A stretch of DNA of 64,000 bases. It comes from Lachnospiraceae bacterium. GTDB taxonomy: Bacteria; Bacillota; Clostridia; Lachnospirales; Lachnospiraceae. Below the pieces are notes generated by a model. It was not told the origin of the DNA, did no database searches, and was given only the letters and a program-made list of their open reading frames with translations. Numbering within the stretch: position 1 is the first letter of the stretch; each line of letters begins with the position of its first letter. Location: contig JAVBUF010000009.1 of assembly GCA_031555615.1 (NCBI GenBank), positions 26,102 through 90,101 on the forward strand, given 5' to 3'. Below are positions 63,184-64,000 of this stretch, in pieces. Both the position numbers and the translations under genes were made by a program.

Positions 63184-64000
63184 ATGGCTAAAAGTAAACG
63201 TACTGTTATTGAATACCGTAACTATTATCTGCCCCTGCAGTTTCCCGTCCTGCTGCTATCCGGCGATTACTGGAAAATATCGGATAAACCCAGCGGCCGG
63301 CTGCATTTTCATAACTGTCTGGAAATCGGCATCTGCCACTCCCACGGCGGAATTATGGAGTTTCAGGATACCGCCCTTTCCTTTGCGGCCGGTGATATCA
63401 CCTGTATTCCCCGGAACATTCCCCACACAACTTACAGTTGGACCGGAACCGAAAGCCACTGGTCTTATCTTTTCATTGACCCGGAGAATCTGTTTCACAA
63501 TCTCCTGCCCAGCTCCTGGCAAAACTACGACCTGTCCCTGTCGCCGCTGCATGATTATACTCATATTTTCAGCCAGCGGGAATATCCGGCCATTCAGGCC
63601 CTGACCCAGGCCATTATCACCGAGCTGGAAGAGCAAAAGCCCGGTTACCAGATCAGTGCCAAAGGCTTGCTTTTGTCCCTGTATATCATGCTGTACCGGA
63701 TTCAGACCATGAATGTGCACAAAAAAAGTGCCGATGACACCGCCTTGCCGCCTGACAATGCGCTGGTGATCACACCGGCCCTTGATTATATTGACTTAAA
63801 CTATATGCAGCCCTTTTCCGTTGACTTTCTGGCCGGGCTGTGCCACTGGAGCCCTACCCATTTCCGCCGGATCTTCCACGAGATCATGGGGGTTTCCCCG
63901 CTGGAATACACTAACAATGTCCGTATCCTGAAGGCCTGCGTACTGCTGCGCAGTACCGAAGAATCCATTTTGGACATCTCCGAAACCGTTGGCTTCCATT
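63184..64000 (+). CDS. AraC-family transcriptional regulator, N-terminal ~270 aa (runs off the right edge)
   Basis: Not in the ORF track. Frame 1 from ATG 63184 (GGAG 10 nt upstream) reads MAKSKRTVIEYRNYYLPLQFPVLLLSGDYW...GRLHFHNCLEIGICH (cupin), then ...FLAGLCHWSPTHFRRIFHEIMGVSPLEYTNNVRILKACVLLRSTEESILDISETVGFH (AraC HTH). Confidence 0.8.
   Translation, partial: MAKSKRTVIEYRNYYLPLQFPVLLLSGDYWKISDKPSGRLHFHNCLEIGICHSHGGIMEFQDTALSFAAGDITCIPRNIPHTTYSWTGTESHWSYLFIDPENLFHNLLPSSWQNYDLSLSPLHDYTHIFSQREYPAIQALTQAIITELEEQKPGYQISAKGLLLSLYIMLYRIQTMNVHKKSADDTALPPDNALVITPALDYIDLNYMQPFSVDFLAGLCHWSPTHFRRIFHEIMGVSPLEYTNNVRILKACVLLRSTEESILDISETVGFH

Noticed and set aside
63047-63999. ORF-track frames 63047..63604 (+), 63256..63720 (-) and 63796..63999 (-).
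   Set aside because: All overlap a third frame (from ATG 63184, +) that translates into a clean AraC-family cupin plus HTH protein. The listed frames give low-complexity sequences.
1-64000. Search for CRISPR arrays, transposases, integrases, phage genes, toxin-antitoxin pairs or known defence-system signatures.
   Set aside because: I found none by eye. The only repeats are short regulatory palindromes, hairpins and the 8-mer tract in the valS leader. The window looks like a stable core chromosome.

Overview
This window looks like core chromosome from a spore-forming Firmicute; the Clostridia or Lachnospiraceae assignment is an inference from gene content only. All calls were made by eye from the sequence and the ORF track, with no database search. 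About 95% of the coding capacity is on the minus strand. I saw no transposase, integrase, prophage or CRISPR array.

Gene content from left to right:
- A purine block: purA (truncated at the edge), a CPBP protease, an atypical PurF homologue, purB and purC.
- A polar amino-acid ABC transporter.
- A tightly packed four-gene operon of uncharacterised proteins (1190, 431, 277 and 395 aa), built around a degenerate Hsp70-like protein.
- A SleC-like spore cortex enzyme.
- htpG with a perfect CIRCE element, then a PrsA-like PPIase, an FAD oxidoreductase and a PHP phosphoesterase.
- The spoIIAA-spoIIAB-sigF operon.
- A valS / DUF342 / folC / small ORF / zinc-ribbon TPR operon, headed by a T-box leader that carries an unusual extra structured and repeat-containing segment.
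- An HD-GYP protein.
- An ArsR/CadC-controlled metal operon: a stand-alone HMA protein, a CadA-type ATPase and a CopA-type ATPase.
- A LacI-controlled locus with two GH65 phosphorylases, beta-phosphoglucomutase, an ABC importer and two membrane-anchored surface proteins (a clan GH-N beta-helix and a discoidin protein).
- An MCP.
- A stand-alone tRNA-Val(GAC) with C33.
- A rhamnogalacturonan-type locus: GH4, AraC, GH112, CE12-like, GH105, an LplABC-like transporter and a second, truncated AraC.

The best candidate for something undescribed is the four-gene operon at 7761..14690. Secondary points of interest:
- The Cys1-less PurF homologue.
- The long valS leader.
- The GH65, beta-helix and discoidin regulon, defined by three copies of one palindrome.
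- CIRCE on htpG.
- The C33 tRNA.
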